This document shows, in pieces, positions 47,712 through 62,646 of a stretch of DNA of 64,000 nucleotides (its first letter is position 1; each line of letters opens with the position of its first letter). The stretch is from Adineta vaga. Lineage: Eukaryota; Animalia; Rotifera. Where the stretch lies: NCBI GenBank assembly GCA_021613535.1, contig CP075495.1, positions 868,001 through 932,000 of the forward strand, read 5' to 3'. The position numbers were made by a program, and so were the translations under genes. The notes below the pieces were generated by a model, which saw only the letters and a list, made by a program, of their open reading frames with translations, was not told where the DNA came from and ran no database searches.

Positions 47712-49526
47712 ATGACGTCGAATTAGTAAGTAAAACAAATAGAAAAACTATTGTAATGAATATATCAATTGAATTATTTTTAGTCTAAGAAAATTTGAAG
47801 ATCTTGCCAATGAAGTTTTCTATGAAATATTTGAATATCTTGAATATTATCACATTTATCAAAGTTTTTTCAATCTTAATCTTCGATTTCATTCTCTTCT
47901 TATACAATCAACCGTCCCAATCAAAATCGTCATTTTTCATATGTCTAAATCGGCTTTCAATCGTTTTAATCAAGATATAATCCAACCTACTACACATCGA
48001 ATTCAAACTCTACGTATAATTAACTGTTTCATGTACGATGAATGTACATTAGCATTGTCACAAAAAACATCTCTTCAAACACTTATCCTTGAAAATATTG
48101 AACCAAAATGTCTGAAAAATCTTCTTCTTCAATTAACTTCACTACCCTATCTCTCATCATTGAGCATCAGTACTCTCGGTGGTGTCGAAGAAAAAACTTC
48201 TGTTTATCGACGGATATTTCGTTTATCAACGTTGAAATATTGCAAATTATCATTAGGAAATGAACTTTCGAGTAATATATTATCATTGGCTACCAACAAA
48301 TACAGTTCAATCGAACATTTAATCATCGAAAATCATATCAATGAAAATGAATTACAGGCAATATTATCATATGTTCCTCAACTTCGTCATTTATCATTAC
48401 ATTCATTCGAATTATATAAAAGAACTCGAAAACAATTATCATCAATCATGTTAGAGTTTCTAACACATGTATCTCTTAAATTCGATTATCCTATTGAATT
48501 CAATGATTTTGAACAATTTCTCGTGAAATATTTTCCTTTGATTCAAGTTTTACATATTACAATGGGTAATGAATGTATGCCGGCGAACAGATGGGAACAA
48601 CTGATATCAACCTATTTAACAAATTTACGAATTTTTGATGTTCGATTTAAAATATGTCTCGAAAATGATAGTCAAATCAATCAATTCACATCGCCATTCT
48701 GGATTGAACGACAATGGTTTTTTGATTATGTAAGATGTTCCAATGGAATAATCTATTCAATAAATCCTTATCGGTATTGATCTTTAATGACAAATATTCA
48801 ATAAACATCACATAGATTTGTTTAATATTTTTTAGGAGAAAAGATTACAAATTATGTCACAATAAGATGATTTGTATGAATACAATCGCAACAATTTTTA
48901 AATCAGTTGATCATCTCGAAATTATAAATGAAACAATGATAGATCAATGTTTCTATTATTTTCCATATGTTACTAAATTGACGTTAACAAATAATTTACC
49001 TATTAATACATACGAATCGATCGTAACTTCACTTACACATATTCTACCTTTAGAACAATTGAAAACATTGATTATTCAATCTATTCATTTATCTTTTATG
49101 AATATGATCAAATTAATAATCGTAATTCCTAATCTTCAAACATTATCATTTCGAAGAATGTTACTTTCTAAAGATGAGAAGATAATCATTGAACAAAATG
49201 AAATCTTTCGATCGATCTCCAATACAAATCGCATCATAAATGTTACTTTTGAAGATGAATGTACATTAGAAGAACTTAAATTACTCGTACTATTATGTCC
49301 TCATTTACAACATCTTGCATTTAGAACACAATTAAAACATCTGGAATCAATATTACGATTTCTATTAAATAAAAATAACAAGAATACACGTCATTTGATC
49401 TCATTATCATTGATATATGCAAATGTACATTATTTTAAAGATGTCAATAGAATACTTAAATTTGGAACATTACCTCGAACATTTAGAATAACACCTATCT
49501 ATAATGACTTATATCTATGGTGGTAA
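47712..49526 (+). CDS. F-box-like/LRR-like protein (3 exons)
   Basis: Introns 47726-47783 and about 48774-48835. N-terminal FEDLANEVFYEIFEYL, leucine-rich repeats, FTSPFWIERQW, terminal LYLWW. Confidence 0.8.
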
Positions 49527-49576
49527 CATTCTATATAGACATATTAAGTTTTTTTTTTGCTCTGACAAAAATAAAA

Positions 49577-50843
49577 GGCTTGTATTTAAATGATCAGTAT
49601 TTTTTGATCAATAAATAATTCAAATTAACAGTAACTATATCAAAATATGATCGATATATAATTAAATTCTGATCAGTAGATCTATTTCTTTTGATCAGTA
49701 ATTTTTCAATTTATATCGGTAAAACTTTTACAAAAACAAGTAACAAAATATTTAATGAAGAAGTAAAGATTTTTTGAATTTTGAAGACCAAATTCAACGT
49801 CTTTTCTTCTGCAGCTTCAGAGTTTTTGCAAAAGTATCGTTTACTTTTCTCTATTATATCAGTTTCATTTTGTATGAAATACTTAGTCTTTTCCCAACAG
49901 ATACGCAATATGCAATCTCAATATCTAGTCTTTTCGATGCAATTGATTTGTTTAATTTAATCGATTGATCACTATTAGTCAAGAGGAAAAGCAAATTCTC
50001 GTAGATATTTCTGAATTCTAGGATTTGTAAGAATCCAAAATGATTCAGGTAATCCATCGCAATCTAAAAATTCATCTTTTCCCCTTGTTATTATTCCTAT
50101 ATCTAATATGACAATTTTCTTGTTACGAAATCACTTAAAGAACTTCATTCGTATGGATTTGACCGTTTTGTACAACGCGTATATATGTTTCGAAGGAGAA
50201 TTGGTGAGTGTAAGTTTTAATCGGTCGACAAATTCCGATCCACACTTCGGCACTTATTATAGAGAACTCTATTATAAACAAAAATCAGTTATAAAAATTA
50301 CTGGGTTTCAAGTGAAATCTCAGTAAATACAGATTACTATCTCTTAGAATACGTGAGCTTCACATTTTAGTTTAAGAGAGGTTGTCATAGAAAGCTTTTT
50401 GAAAAATTTTACATTTGAAACCTTTGAGTTTAGATAATCCAAAACGTCCTAAAAATATCTTTCTATTCTTTGTAACTCTGTTGGTTGCTTCCACAGTGCT
50501 ATAATTAAAATAAAAACAATCCTACAGACATATATTCATCTATTAGAAAGTAGTTCACAAATAAACAGACAAGAAGTAGATCAACATATATGTGATAATC
50601 GAGGAATGTTATATAACGATGAATACTGTTAAAAATACCATAATCTACTGAACAAACGAGATTAATTACTGATACTTTAGTTTTAATAGTGATAAGTTCA
50701 TTATTCTACTGATCAAGTACAAAACTCACTGCTCAAATGCAATATTTATTGATCAATAATTATTATACTGATCATTTGCATTTAATACTGATCAAATTTT
50801 ACTGATCATTCATAATAAAATACTAATCATTTAATTTGTAGCC
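49577..50843. mobile_element. Non-autonomous Mutator (MULE)-like DNA transposon
   Basis: Imperfect TIRs: ggcttgtatttaaatgatcagtatttt versus the reverse complement of the right end, ggctacaaattaaatgattagtatttt. 9-bp direct repeat aaaataaaa at 49568-49576 and 50844-50852. Subterminal tgatcagta/tactgatca repeats. Confidence 0.8.
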
Positions 50844-51439
50844 AAAATAAAACACATGCACACCCTGCAAATATTTCCTCATACTACTCTTGGTTTCTCA
50901 TCTTGTTTACAATCGTTTTGTAGAAAATGGTTTACAAAAACTTCTTCTTCTTCTTTTTTTGGTTAATGAAATTATATTTTGATTATCAAACGAACAATAA
51001 TAACAAACGTTGCAATTTTAGTGTGATAAAAAGAGATATAATCTTACCTAATATACATCGAATTCATACTCTACGCATTGCAAATCATTTCACATTTTCA
51101 TAAACAAATCAATCGATCATATCCAAATTCCGAGGCGAAAAAGTGATGAACAAATATTTATGTTATTTCCTCGTTTAGAAAGTCTAATAATTTGTTTAGG
51201 AAAAACGAAAGATTTTTCTTGTGGATATTTCGAACGTTTAATTTATTCGAGAGTAATATCTTACAAATGGAAACAAATAGTATCAATATGTTTAAGCTAT
51301 CATTCAAAATAAAACATCCATTGTTCTACTTATCCTATCATATTCATAGTCAGTCATGCCCTTATCTCATATATAAAATACCCGAAGAAATGAAAAGAGA
51401 CTTATGGAAATAATCATCAGTTGTGTGTTTTTAGTATTA

Positions 51440-52550
51440 CAAAATTCGATGATGTTGTCATTGAACTTATCTATGAAATAGTTGATTATCTCGAGTATTA
51501 TCATATATATATATATATCAAAGTTTTTTCAGTCTTAACTACCGATTTCGTTCGTCTCTTCATGTCCATTGAAAATCAATGTACTTATTATATCTAAAAC
51601 ATCTCTTCAAACGCTCGTTCTTGGAAAGGTTATAACAAGTTGTCTAAACAATCTTCTTCTTCTAGAAATATATCGAAAAGAATATTAATAAAGGGAACAT
51701 ACTGGACGATTAAAATGTATGAATAGGAAATAATCTGTATTTAAGATGATTTACAACAGCTTCTTGTAAAATATTTTCACTTTATTCAAGTCTTACACAT
51801 TTCTGCTGATGGGGAATGTTTCGATGCGAATAAATAGAAACAACTAATGCCATTGTATTTACCAAACTTACGGATTTTTAATGTTCAATTTTAAATCTAT
51901 TGAAAATTTTCCGAGAAAAGACCAGCATTTGAAAAACAATCTTTTCTATTCAACAAATCCGTAAAGGTGCTTCTTCATTTCATTCATTGAATGATGATAC
52001 TTTGTGTACGAAGACAATCTACGAATGAATTGATCATGTTCAGATTCCCGATAGAAAGATTACGAATAAATGTATGTGTTATTTTCAACAAGCTACTACA
52101 CTTACTTTGGACGATGATTGTTCTATCACCACTTGTGTATCAATAACAATTGCTCTTATTCGAATAATACGCTTGAAATAATTCAAAACATAGATAATTA
52201 AATCTGATTGTATCTCAACGATATCCATATCCTTGATTGATAAGAGAGATATGGAACGGAATCACATTGTTCAATCTCTAGCAAATACTACTATGACTAC
52301 TACTGCGACTTTCAATGAAACATGTACACTGAAAAAAGTTGCATGGCTTGCTATGTTATTTTCTTGGATGCAACATCTTCGAATTCATATATCATTACAT
52401 CATACGCCATCGATATTTCGACTACTCCTAGATACAAATAAAAGAATACATGTCAAATAGTTTCATTATGCTTTCAAAGTGATGTTGTTTCTTCGTTCCA
52501 ACATTGAAACCAAAGAATAAACTCTGCAAATATACACTGCTGATTGAAAG
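51440..52550 (+). pseudogene. Degraded paralog of the 47712-49526 F-box-like gene
   Basis: Collinear matches: tatgaaatagttgattatctcgagtattatca, aaaacatctcttcaaac, attcaagtcttacacatt, tgaaacatgtacactgaaaaa. Many stops and indels. Confidence 0.75.
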
Positions 52551-54693
52551 CAATATATACAAACAATAATTTATACTAATAAACAAAAATGTCATTAGAA
52601 ATCATACCTACCTTCCTACGTGATCCAAAAATCTTTTTCTTTATACACCACAGAAGAAGCCCAAGATGGACGTATTCTTCCCTTTTCTAAAACAGAGAGT
52701 CATACCAACAATCAAAAGTCCATCGAAATGCATCATATCTTGTTCTTCAAACCAATACAACTCCTCAACCCAAAGGTATCAAGATCGAAAAATACGACTT
52801 TCGCGTTGAGTAACGACAAAACTTCGAATGACTTTTCTCCAAAACATCGTTACATGAACCGGAAAACGCGGTACCATACATCAAGAAAGACGAATTATAT
52901 TATACCAGTTTTCGCTGAATATTGATCTCACCGAATCGGTATTTGGCCACTCCCTCGTGCAAACAGTGATCTCCTCCATAACAAAACCAATCGCATTCTA
53001 TAGCCACCATCTATAAACTATCGCAAAACGTTCTCACTTACCAACGAGAATGCAAATACGGTGGTATATTTGAGTTGTTTGTTATGACTGATGAATGATG
53101 ATGGTGATTTGTTGAGTGGCGATCTTGAGTGTTAATTTGTTTCCTGAATAATTTTGTTTCGCTTCCAATGACACAAATTGTATTCTAAAAATAAATGGTA
53201 ATGCCGCTGTCCCTACAACTCTCGACGATGAACGGCATCTCTGCATTAGTTTTATACCGAAATTATGAAATTTAAATATCAGACAGGAGTGCATTGTTCA
53301 AATTAATCTTGGAAATGACTTAATAACACATTGAGAAGTGAATGGCATTATGTATAACTAATTTATCGAAATTTTTTATGATAACTTTTCATATCTGATT
53401 CGTGTTTATATGCCAACGACTGTATGCTGGATCATTACTTGAAAATACCATCGTTACGAATATATATTCTTCGAATTTGTTCGAACAGAATATTGGTACG
53501 AAAATTCTACAACTTCTATGAATAAAATATAGATCTATGCGACTTTGCTTTCCAGAATAGAGGCATTCGATCTGCTAATCTATAGTTGGCTTTATAGATT
53601 TGTTTTCATGAATTGATGTTTTTATCGTGCGACGAACGAGATATTGTTGTTTCTAGAACACTGTTTAACTACTTCTTCTTTTATTATCAAATAATCGAAT
53701 GCAGATGGCATCAGCACAATATGGACAATCTAGGTGGATCGTATGTTGAAACAATTATAGCTGTTTGAAAAACTGAATCATGGCAATGACTTTTTGATAT
53801 AGCTAAGTATTTATACTACTATGTATATATATGTATAGATAGAAGAACATCAGACCAATGTTTGATCCACTTTTGAATTCAACATTTGGCATTTCAAAAA
53901 ACTTCGTTTTTCCATGACTCAGTGACTGCTGGTTTGAGCGTTATCAAAGACGGTTTCATCAAAATTATTTTTAATGTTTACATCCGCATCATGAATGAAT
54001 AGCTCTTCCATGTTATATACTCTGTTGTTTAGCTGTCATATCCCATTTGTTGATCAATATTTTGCTTGAACAAAAGGATCATTTTTAGGACTAATAAAAG
54101 TATTTTTAGCTTATCATTCTTTGTTTCCTTCTCTGCAAAATTATTAACATAGTTGTTTTTCTAATATTCAGTTTATTATTTCCCGAAGGGTTAACAGATT
54201 ACTTTTCAGTTTAAGACAATGTTATAAAAGAAAAAAAAGAGGAGAGCGATACACATGAATACAGTCATTTCTTTTTGTGTTTGCTCAGAGGAAATAATAT
54301 TCTCTAGAGACGTGTACTGTATGAATGTGGTTAAGTAGAAGAATACATATTTTTTCGTGAATGTTCAGAAACGTAAAAAGATCGAGTTTTGAATGATGCC
54401 ATTTTATAAAAAACGATCGCCATGGGGAACTACTCAAAGTTTTATTCGTTCAGTAAGAAACCATAGAAAAAGTTCTTGACAGTCTACATAACAGGTGAAA
54501 AATATTCGAATAGGTGATAAGCTTTATTATAAAATCGAAATATATTCCAATCATTACGATATATATAACAAAAACAAATTCCGTTTTATGGAATTATAAA
54601 TGCATTTTTACAATATCAAAATAAGGAACCATTCATTTTGTTTCATTGTCAACAAGTAAATAATGTGAATCCTACACTAGTGAACGAACATCA

Positions 54694-57600
54694 TTATGAT
54701 TGTAACCCGAGTTGAAAGTTTGTATCTTCATAATCAACTGATTAAATTGAACGTGCTGTCTAAAACAGAATACTCCAGTTTTCTTTCTGTAACATTATAA
54801 TTTAACAATCACAAGTAACACAAAAAAATACAACCTACCTGTTTGTTAAACATCTGACTCATGTACGCGAAATCTACTAGAGCTAAAAGGGTGAATCATT
54901 TGCAATACAGTATCTATATGAAAACGAACCGTTCAATGTATTTTTCTTCTTGATAAAGATTTATCGTTGGCGAACGAATTGAATTAAATGCTTTTATGCC
55001 TATTTTTGGTGGTGTTAATTGTTGTTTACATGGTCTATCAATTTGTTCATTAGTAGATAATGCTAAATTGGATCTACTAATTTTCATTGAAGAATTCTTT
55101 AATTGATTATTTGATTGTTGAATTGAAAGTAACGTATGAAGATTTTCTAATTTTTTCGCTGATATGTGTTTTAAAATAGATTCTAGTTCATTCAATTGTC
55201 GACGAATATTTTCATTCAGTTCTTCAAATAGGTTCACAAATGTTGTATGAAGAATAGCATATTCTCGTCCCAAATCAATATCTCCATTGACAATTGTTGG
55301 TTCAGTCATGTCAATTGTCTTAATGAAACAAATTATTTAGAAGTTGAATTATTTTTCTCAGTTTAAAACATACAGATATATTGATTAAAAATCTTCGCAT
55401 ATTATCCGATTCTTTACTGATGAAATTGTTCATAAATTTCATATAAGATTCTTTAGAACCAAATCTTTTAAGAAAAAAAAATAGATATCCTTCCATAGCA
55501 ACAATTTTGAGTTACTTGGTAAAATTTGCTAAAGTTTGCAATGTTTTTGCAATTAATGTTAATTTTCTTGAGACCTTCTCATTCGGATATTCTAGGAAAA
55601 AAGATGGACCATTTATACATGATATGATCAAATTAATCTTTCTTTGTTTTTACCTTGAGTAAGATCAAATAGATTGGGTGATAAAATAGCAGGACAAATA
55701 AATCGTAGAAAAACTGAACCACTTAAAAAATTCCATATAATCTCATCCGACGATGAAATTTGTCTAAGTTTAGAAAAGATACATTTTAGTTCACTAAAAA
55801 GGAGAAAAGAAGGTATGGGTGTGTGTTTTCATCGAGCTTAATAATTGAAAATTGTTTACTAAGGAAAAACGACTTGAGATTTTTGAATTTCAAACCAAAT
55901 TTGTTCACAAAGTAATTTCAATGTTGATTGATTTTTTTCTAAATTATTTATATTCATTAATCGATCAGGATCAACTTCTAAATCAATATCATTTAAATTT
56001 TTCGATGATATGATGTCTGTTATGAAATGAATTAATGTTTCATGTAAATAGCTTTTTCCTACTAATTTCATATAAGATTCCATCGATTTTGTTGCAATGG
56101 AATTACCACGAAATGTTAACGAATTATCACACGTTGAACAAATTTCTGCTTGAATAATATCAACAAGATACGGAATAGCATACGACAATGAATGAGCAAT
56201 ACGAGTTAATGACGTAGCTGGAAAAAAAATATATAGATAGATAGATAGATAGATAGATGTAAATTTGTAAGTTTGTAGATCATACCAATTTCATCTTTAT
56301 CTTTTAATGATATATTTGATTCAAGTAATTCGATCAATCGAAGATAATTCATACGAATATACTAAAGAGTGAAAGAGATTTGATTCATTTGTTAGAATCT
56401 AAACGGATCGTGTGCATTACTTCTTCTAAATGTCCATATGAATTGATAGATAGAATAAAAATTGACTGATACTTTGCTTTGATTCTTATATTAATCATAT
56501 TATCTTGTAGTTTTTCTTTTGTACTCATATTCTGTATCGAATACCATTGTTCAACAAATTGATTTCCAGTTATGGTGGATAATGGTATGTCAACATAACC
56601 GATACAATCAATGTCATACTGTTTTTGTTTGCATCGTTCGATATAGATTTTACAATGAAGTACTGAATAACCTATATTATAGGATAAGAAAACATTTGAA
56701 ATAAAGAAAAAACAATGAAGTTGCTTCGTACCCTCTGATAAATCTTTGAAAATAAAATTTTCACCCCAGAAAAGCTCATCTCGCCGTTCGATACTTGCTG
56801 TTTTACCATAAATATCATCGTCGAGAAAGATTTTTATACTGTATCTAGAAAAGGTTCAACATCGATTTATTTTTCTTTAATAAAAATATTTTAGACTATC
56901 ATACTTTTTTTTTGTTGGTAAACCTTTAGCTTCTAAAATCCAGATATCTAATGAATTATCTATTCTTGAATCATCCATTGAATGTTTTGATGATGAACAT
57001 TGTAAACGTTTTAATAATAGAGAATTTTCTTTTGTACGTAGATAACAAGTTTTATTTTCATTTTTATTTCGTATTTCAATATATGTTACTGCAATATTAT
57101 TGTTTAAATCTGATGATGGAAGAATACTTGGATGAAGACGACGAATATGACAATTATTTAACATAATTTCAATAGGCTCAGATAAAAGAGTAGATCCTAA
57201 TGGACCATTTGAAACAAAAAGAGACTCATGTGATTGAGAACGAACAGATGGAATGTTACTAAAAATATGCTTTTTTTTCTATACTATTTTCACAATATAT
57301 CTGACTCGATGCGCTTACGGAAATAAATGTTGATTATGTGTGATTATTGGATGCTTTTGTCGTTCCAATTTTGTTGCACTTTTAGCACGTTTTAATGATG
57401 GTAAAAAATGATCCGTATGATGTGATGATCGACCAAAAAGATGTGAAAATCTTATTCGTGATTGTCTTGATGTATTTGTGACGGAAGAACGATCTGATGA
57501 TAGATCTATACGTTATGGAATGAAATTAATGACAATCAAAAGAAAAAAGAAAACGAGAAAACGATATTGATATCATTCCAATGTGCAAAGTTTGAACCTG

Positions 57601-58539
57601 CAACCTTCTAATTCGAAATAATGTAAAATCTCGACTGAATGAACGCGTTAAATAAGCATGAAAGATATAGAAATGATATATTTTACCAGTAATCGATGTT
57701 GGATAACTAGTAACTATTTTATCATCTGTTAGTATTATTGGAGATAGAATCGTTTTTGATAATGATGGAGAAATGCGCTCTAATAGAGTTGGTAAAATAC
57801 TATTTGATTGTTGAAGTGTATTAAATGATGAACGTCGATCATTTGACTTATATAATGAAGATGTTGACGACGATGATGATATTGAATTATTATCACAATT
57901 TAAATCAAGTGTTGTAATTTGTTTGATTTCATTATTTGTCGGACGAATACACTAGAATACAAGAAATTATGATAAAAGAAAAAATTGATATGATATACCA
58001 TTAAATAACGATTCATTGATTTAGAGAATTATGTATTTTTTTTTACAAGCAATAATAAATGATTATTCTGTTTCATTTCTTCATTGATATAACGAACAGT
58101 TATGTATCAAAGAAAGAAAAGGTTTCTTTCATCCATTCATACATACGAACAAACATTCTTTATATATATATATATATATCTTCTATACACACAACTCGAT
58201 GCGATGATATGTGGTAAGACATCAACATAAAATGATGGACAAAGAGAAAAAGAAACAGTTCGAAGGACAAGTTCTAATCAATGAGCTCATCTATTTATTG
58301 TTTATATAATTACGATAATAAATGACATACTTCATTAGAATGGAAAGTTAATGTACATTTTCTTTGATTGAATTCGATATATTTATGAGACCAATGACGT
58401 TCATTGTCAAAATTATCTATTTAGGATAAATAAATTAAATATAAGAATAAAAAACACTTTCTTTCTTTAAATTACTTGATACATCGAACCAACCATAAAG
58501 ATAATCTGATGAATTATTCTTTTTCAATTCAGTCATCAT
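54694..58539 (-). CDS. Ras GTPase-activating protein, SynGAP/DAB2IP/RASAL2-like (PH-C2-RasGAP; ends uncertain)
   Basis: C2 [12 protein letters not shown] and FWGENF; GAP motifs [41 protein letters not shown]. Confidence 0.85.
56234..56258. repeat. (ATAG)n intronic microsatellite
   Basis: About six tandem units inside a RasGAP intron. Confidence 0.85.
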
Positions 58540-61349
58540 ACTCAAAATATTCTATAACCAATTTCAATACAACATTTTTTTAACGTCTCAAATTTATTCC
58601 ATTCCATTAATATGTTCAAAATTATTTTGTTAGATTATTTCTCTAGGAGAAAAACAAACATCAACATAATTCTAGAAAATTAATATTTATACTATTGGTT
58701 TATCTATTGAACAATTATAGTTGAACTCTATCCTTCATTTTATTTTTCTTCTTTTCGTTCATTACGAATGATGTCGCTAGTTATCGTTCAAAAAATGATT
58801 CAATTGACAATTCCATTCTTTACCAACTTGTGATCAATCTTTGTTGATTATTATCATTAACATCTATATGAAAAATAACGATTGATAGAATCATTAATTG
58901 AAACTACTTGAATAATAAAATTTGTCAAATAAACATGTGTGTTTTGTCGATAAACATGATTAAATCTATTCTTATATTTTTCCTTTTCAAATAACAGGAA
59001 AAATCTGTTTTCATAATTAAATATAATGCAATGGTTTATGTCAATTTGATTTTGAAAAGAAAAACAAAAGAAAAGATTTTAAAATAATTAAAAATCAACT
59101 TGAGAATATGTTTTCTCTGTTTAGTATCAATAATATATGTTTGTTTTCTATACAATTTGATTAAGGACTTTTAACGGAAGTAAAAGAATACGTGAAATTA
59201 TTTGTAAACTATGTTAAGTATCGTGCAATGTTTGTTGGATAGATCAAAGAAAGAAAAATCTTTTACTTTTGTCTATATAATCTATAATGAACGAGATTCC
59301 TAGTATTGTTTTTTCAACGAACAAATATAGTATCATTAACAAATTGCGTACGAAAGATGTATAATAAAGAAGAATTGTGTGATGAGAAAAAAATAGAGAA
59401 ATGGAAGCGAAGAAAAATGTTGAGAACAAGTGAATAGATACGATATCGAATGATGTTAGTTTCTTTTCTCTCTTTCTCTCTGTTTTGTATTCTTATGCGT
59501 TTGTCAATTAACGAGCAAAACATAATACTATCATTGCTTATAAGTAAAATGAGACAAGTAGAATCATTTTGGATCAACACAATAATAGTTTTTAGACATA
59601 TAAAACTTTTCATTTACTTTTTTCATATCGGTAAGAGGCTTTTTATATCAAGTATTGAATTCTTTTCAAAGTAAAAGAAAATGAATCTTGTGTTTATAAT
59701 AATAATAATAATAGTAGAATATAACATGTTCAATGAATAGATTTGTGAAATTGCTGGTTTGCATTTTCTTTACAAAAGAGAAATAATATAATTTATATAT
59801 AGAAAATAACTACATGTCTTTTTTTTTCTTAGATCAGTATAGTTGTTATTTATGTAATGATAATTTTGTTTTTATCATATAGACGAACAAGTAATGAAGC
59901 AAAAAAACAAAATCGAATGTAAAGAAAAAATTCTATAATTGCTCTATGTCATTCGCACTTCTTTCTATCAAGGGACTCTCACTACAACAATATTCTCTTT
60001 TTCCTCTTTCTCTGCCTCTCTTTCTCTTGATTCTTTTTTTCATTATATGTATGGTCTGTCACTGATTTTTTTTCTTTTTTTTTACATAAACCAAAGACCA
60101 TCTAGCTATATATATATATATATATATATAAAGCGATTGTAGAAAAAAACCAATAATTCTGTTCTCTCTCCATTTGTTTTATCATCAACATTATGTCGTA
60201 AGTATTGGAAAGAAAAATATTTTCAATGATCTTTTTTTTTTGTTATAATTTTCATTCTTGAATATAGTTATCATTTAACATCTTTGCTCATGATTCCCCG
60301 ATGACTACTCATCATAATCAATAATCTAAAAGATAACTTTATTGAGTTTACGTTTACATTCATATAAATATTGACGACAGCTGTTATACATTTGATTATC
60401 ATGGTTTGTGAAAAGGAGTCAGCTGTAACAATCTACTAAGATAAGAAATTTGAATATTTATATTAAAGAAAATTTTTCTATCTGATACTTTATTCGTTCG
60501 ACTTTTTTTTATTTATAAAATTACTATCATAGAAATTTAATCTTTTTATATGGAATGAATCTTACAAATTGTTGGTAATGTTAAAGAGCGTTTTTTTTAT
60601 GAGAAAGTAAACGTTGAATTAACATATATGATATAAGCTTTTATTTTTGAATATATAGATAGATTTCCTGTTGGGTTTTATTATTATTTATTTGTAAACG
60701 TATTTATCATTTGGTAAATGTCATATATACATAGTACTGAGTTTTTTGTTATTCATAAATCGAGAAAAAAAAATGTTTGAGAAGATGAGAAATAAATCAT
60801 ATAAATATGTCACTAATGTTGATGATGACTGTTAGTGTAAAGAAAAAAGAATCGTATAGTATACAAAAAAAAGTGAAACTAAATACCGATATATATATAT
60901 TCTTTTTCTCAATGGAACTTCGTCGAGATTTATTGTCTTATGTCACTTACAATCGTTCGCCTCCAAAGTTATTTATTAGTTTATAATTCTTTTTTCGTCA
61001 CGCCTCTATGACAGAATCGTAACGATAAGAGCATCAACAAAAACTATATAGGAAAAAAAAAGAATCGTAATCGTAATTCGAAATTTTCTCTGAGCTTCTA
61101 TATTTTTATTATTTGGGCACATCACTAGCGGATATGACCCGTCATTCTTTTGCGCTCTTTTGCTTCTATATGACCTTGTTGTGTCTTTCTCTTTTTTCAC
61201 ATACACATGCACACATTGTTGCGAAGAAAACATTTCTTTTTTATTAAGTTCTGTCATTACTTGCTATAGTCTCAATTGTCATATCGAATTACATAAATCT
61301 CATTTTAGGCTTTCAATAAAGTTCATCATATCGAAAATTATTACACATT

Positions 61350-62646
61350 ATGATCGACAATACAATATCGTCCGATCATACAGTGCGTGAATGTGAAGTA
61401 TACATATCGAAACATGATATACAAAATATACTACGTGATTCCATTGTCCAATTATGTTTGAAAAAACCTACTAATCCAATTGAATTTCTTGCTAATCATT
61501 TTGACAATCTTTCAAATCAAAAATCCATAATGCATCAACAACAAACATCATCCTCCTCAAATGAACAACATCATCGAACATCACATGGTGAAAATGATGA
61601 AGTTGCTGATATAAATGAATCAATAAGTCATCAAAGTCAATCAATAAATAATACGAATTTGAAAGCACGCGAACGTCGTGGTGCAGTCTCAGCTGAACCT
61701 TATAAAGAAGAAGATGCAACGTCGTATGTTAAAACTGTCATACCAAAAGACTATTCGACAATGCAAGCATTAAGTAAAGCTATACAAACAAATTTATTAT
61801 TTTCCCATTTGGATGATAATGAAAAATCGGATATATTCGATGCGATGCAACCATTTAATTATAAAGCAGATGAAACTATCATTCAACAAGGTGAAGAAGG
61901 TGATTTCTTTTACATTATAGATCAAGGTGAAGTTGAAGTTTATGTTAATAATAAATGTGTTACAGCAATCTCAGACGGTGGAAGTTTTGGTGAATTAGCA
62001 TTGATCTATGGTACACCACGTGCAGCAACTATTAAAGCAAAAACAGATTGTAAATTATGGGCGATTGATCGAAAAGTAAATTGAATGTCGAGTTTGATTA
62101 ATTTTAATAAATTTCGAATTTTGTTTTTTGTAGACTTATCGACGTATTTTGATGGGTTCAACAATTAAAAAACGTAAAATGTATGAGGAATTTTTATCGA
62201 AAGTTAAAATTCTTCAAGAACTTGATCAATGGGAACGTTTAACAGTTGCCGATGCTCTTGAAACTGTACAATTTAATGATGGTGATACAATTGTTGTTCA
62301 AGGTGAAAAAGGAAATGATTTTTTTATCATTGCCGAAGGTAAAAATTCGAGATCTTACTAATTAAATATGAAAGAACACATTTTCTAAATAGGTACAGCT
62401 ATCGTATATCAAAAACCATCGGATGATGAAGCAGCAATTGAAGTTTCAAAATTAGGCCCATCAGATTATTTCGGTGAAATAGCTTTATTATTTGATCGAC
62501 CTCGTGCAGCTACAGTTAAAGCAAAAGGACTTTTGAAATGTGTTAAAATGGATCGTCATCGATTTGAACGTGTTCTTGGTCCCATTTCGGATATACTCAA
62601 ACGAAATGTTGCACAATATAATTCTTTTATTAATTTAGCTGTTTAG
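61350..62646 (+). CDS. PRKAR1A: cAMP-dependent protein kinase type I regulatory subunit (3 exons)
   Basis: Docking domain ECEVYISKH, pseudosubstrate RRGAVSAE, two cNMP cassettes [15 protein letters not shown] and [15 protein letters not shown]. Confidence 0.95.

Noticed and set aside
52600-54500. Non-coding stretch with short ORFs, possible decayed transposon
   Set aside because: I could not identify transposase or RT motifs, or termini.
59244-61390. Several 60-100 aa ORFs between RasGAP and PKA-RI
   Set aside because: Low-complexity F/I/L-rich translations of AT-rich intergenic DNA.
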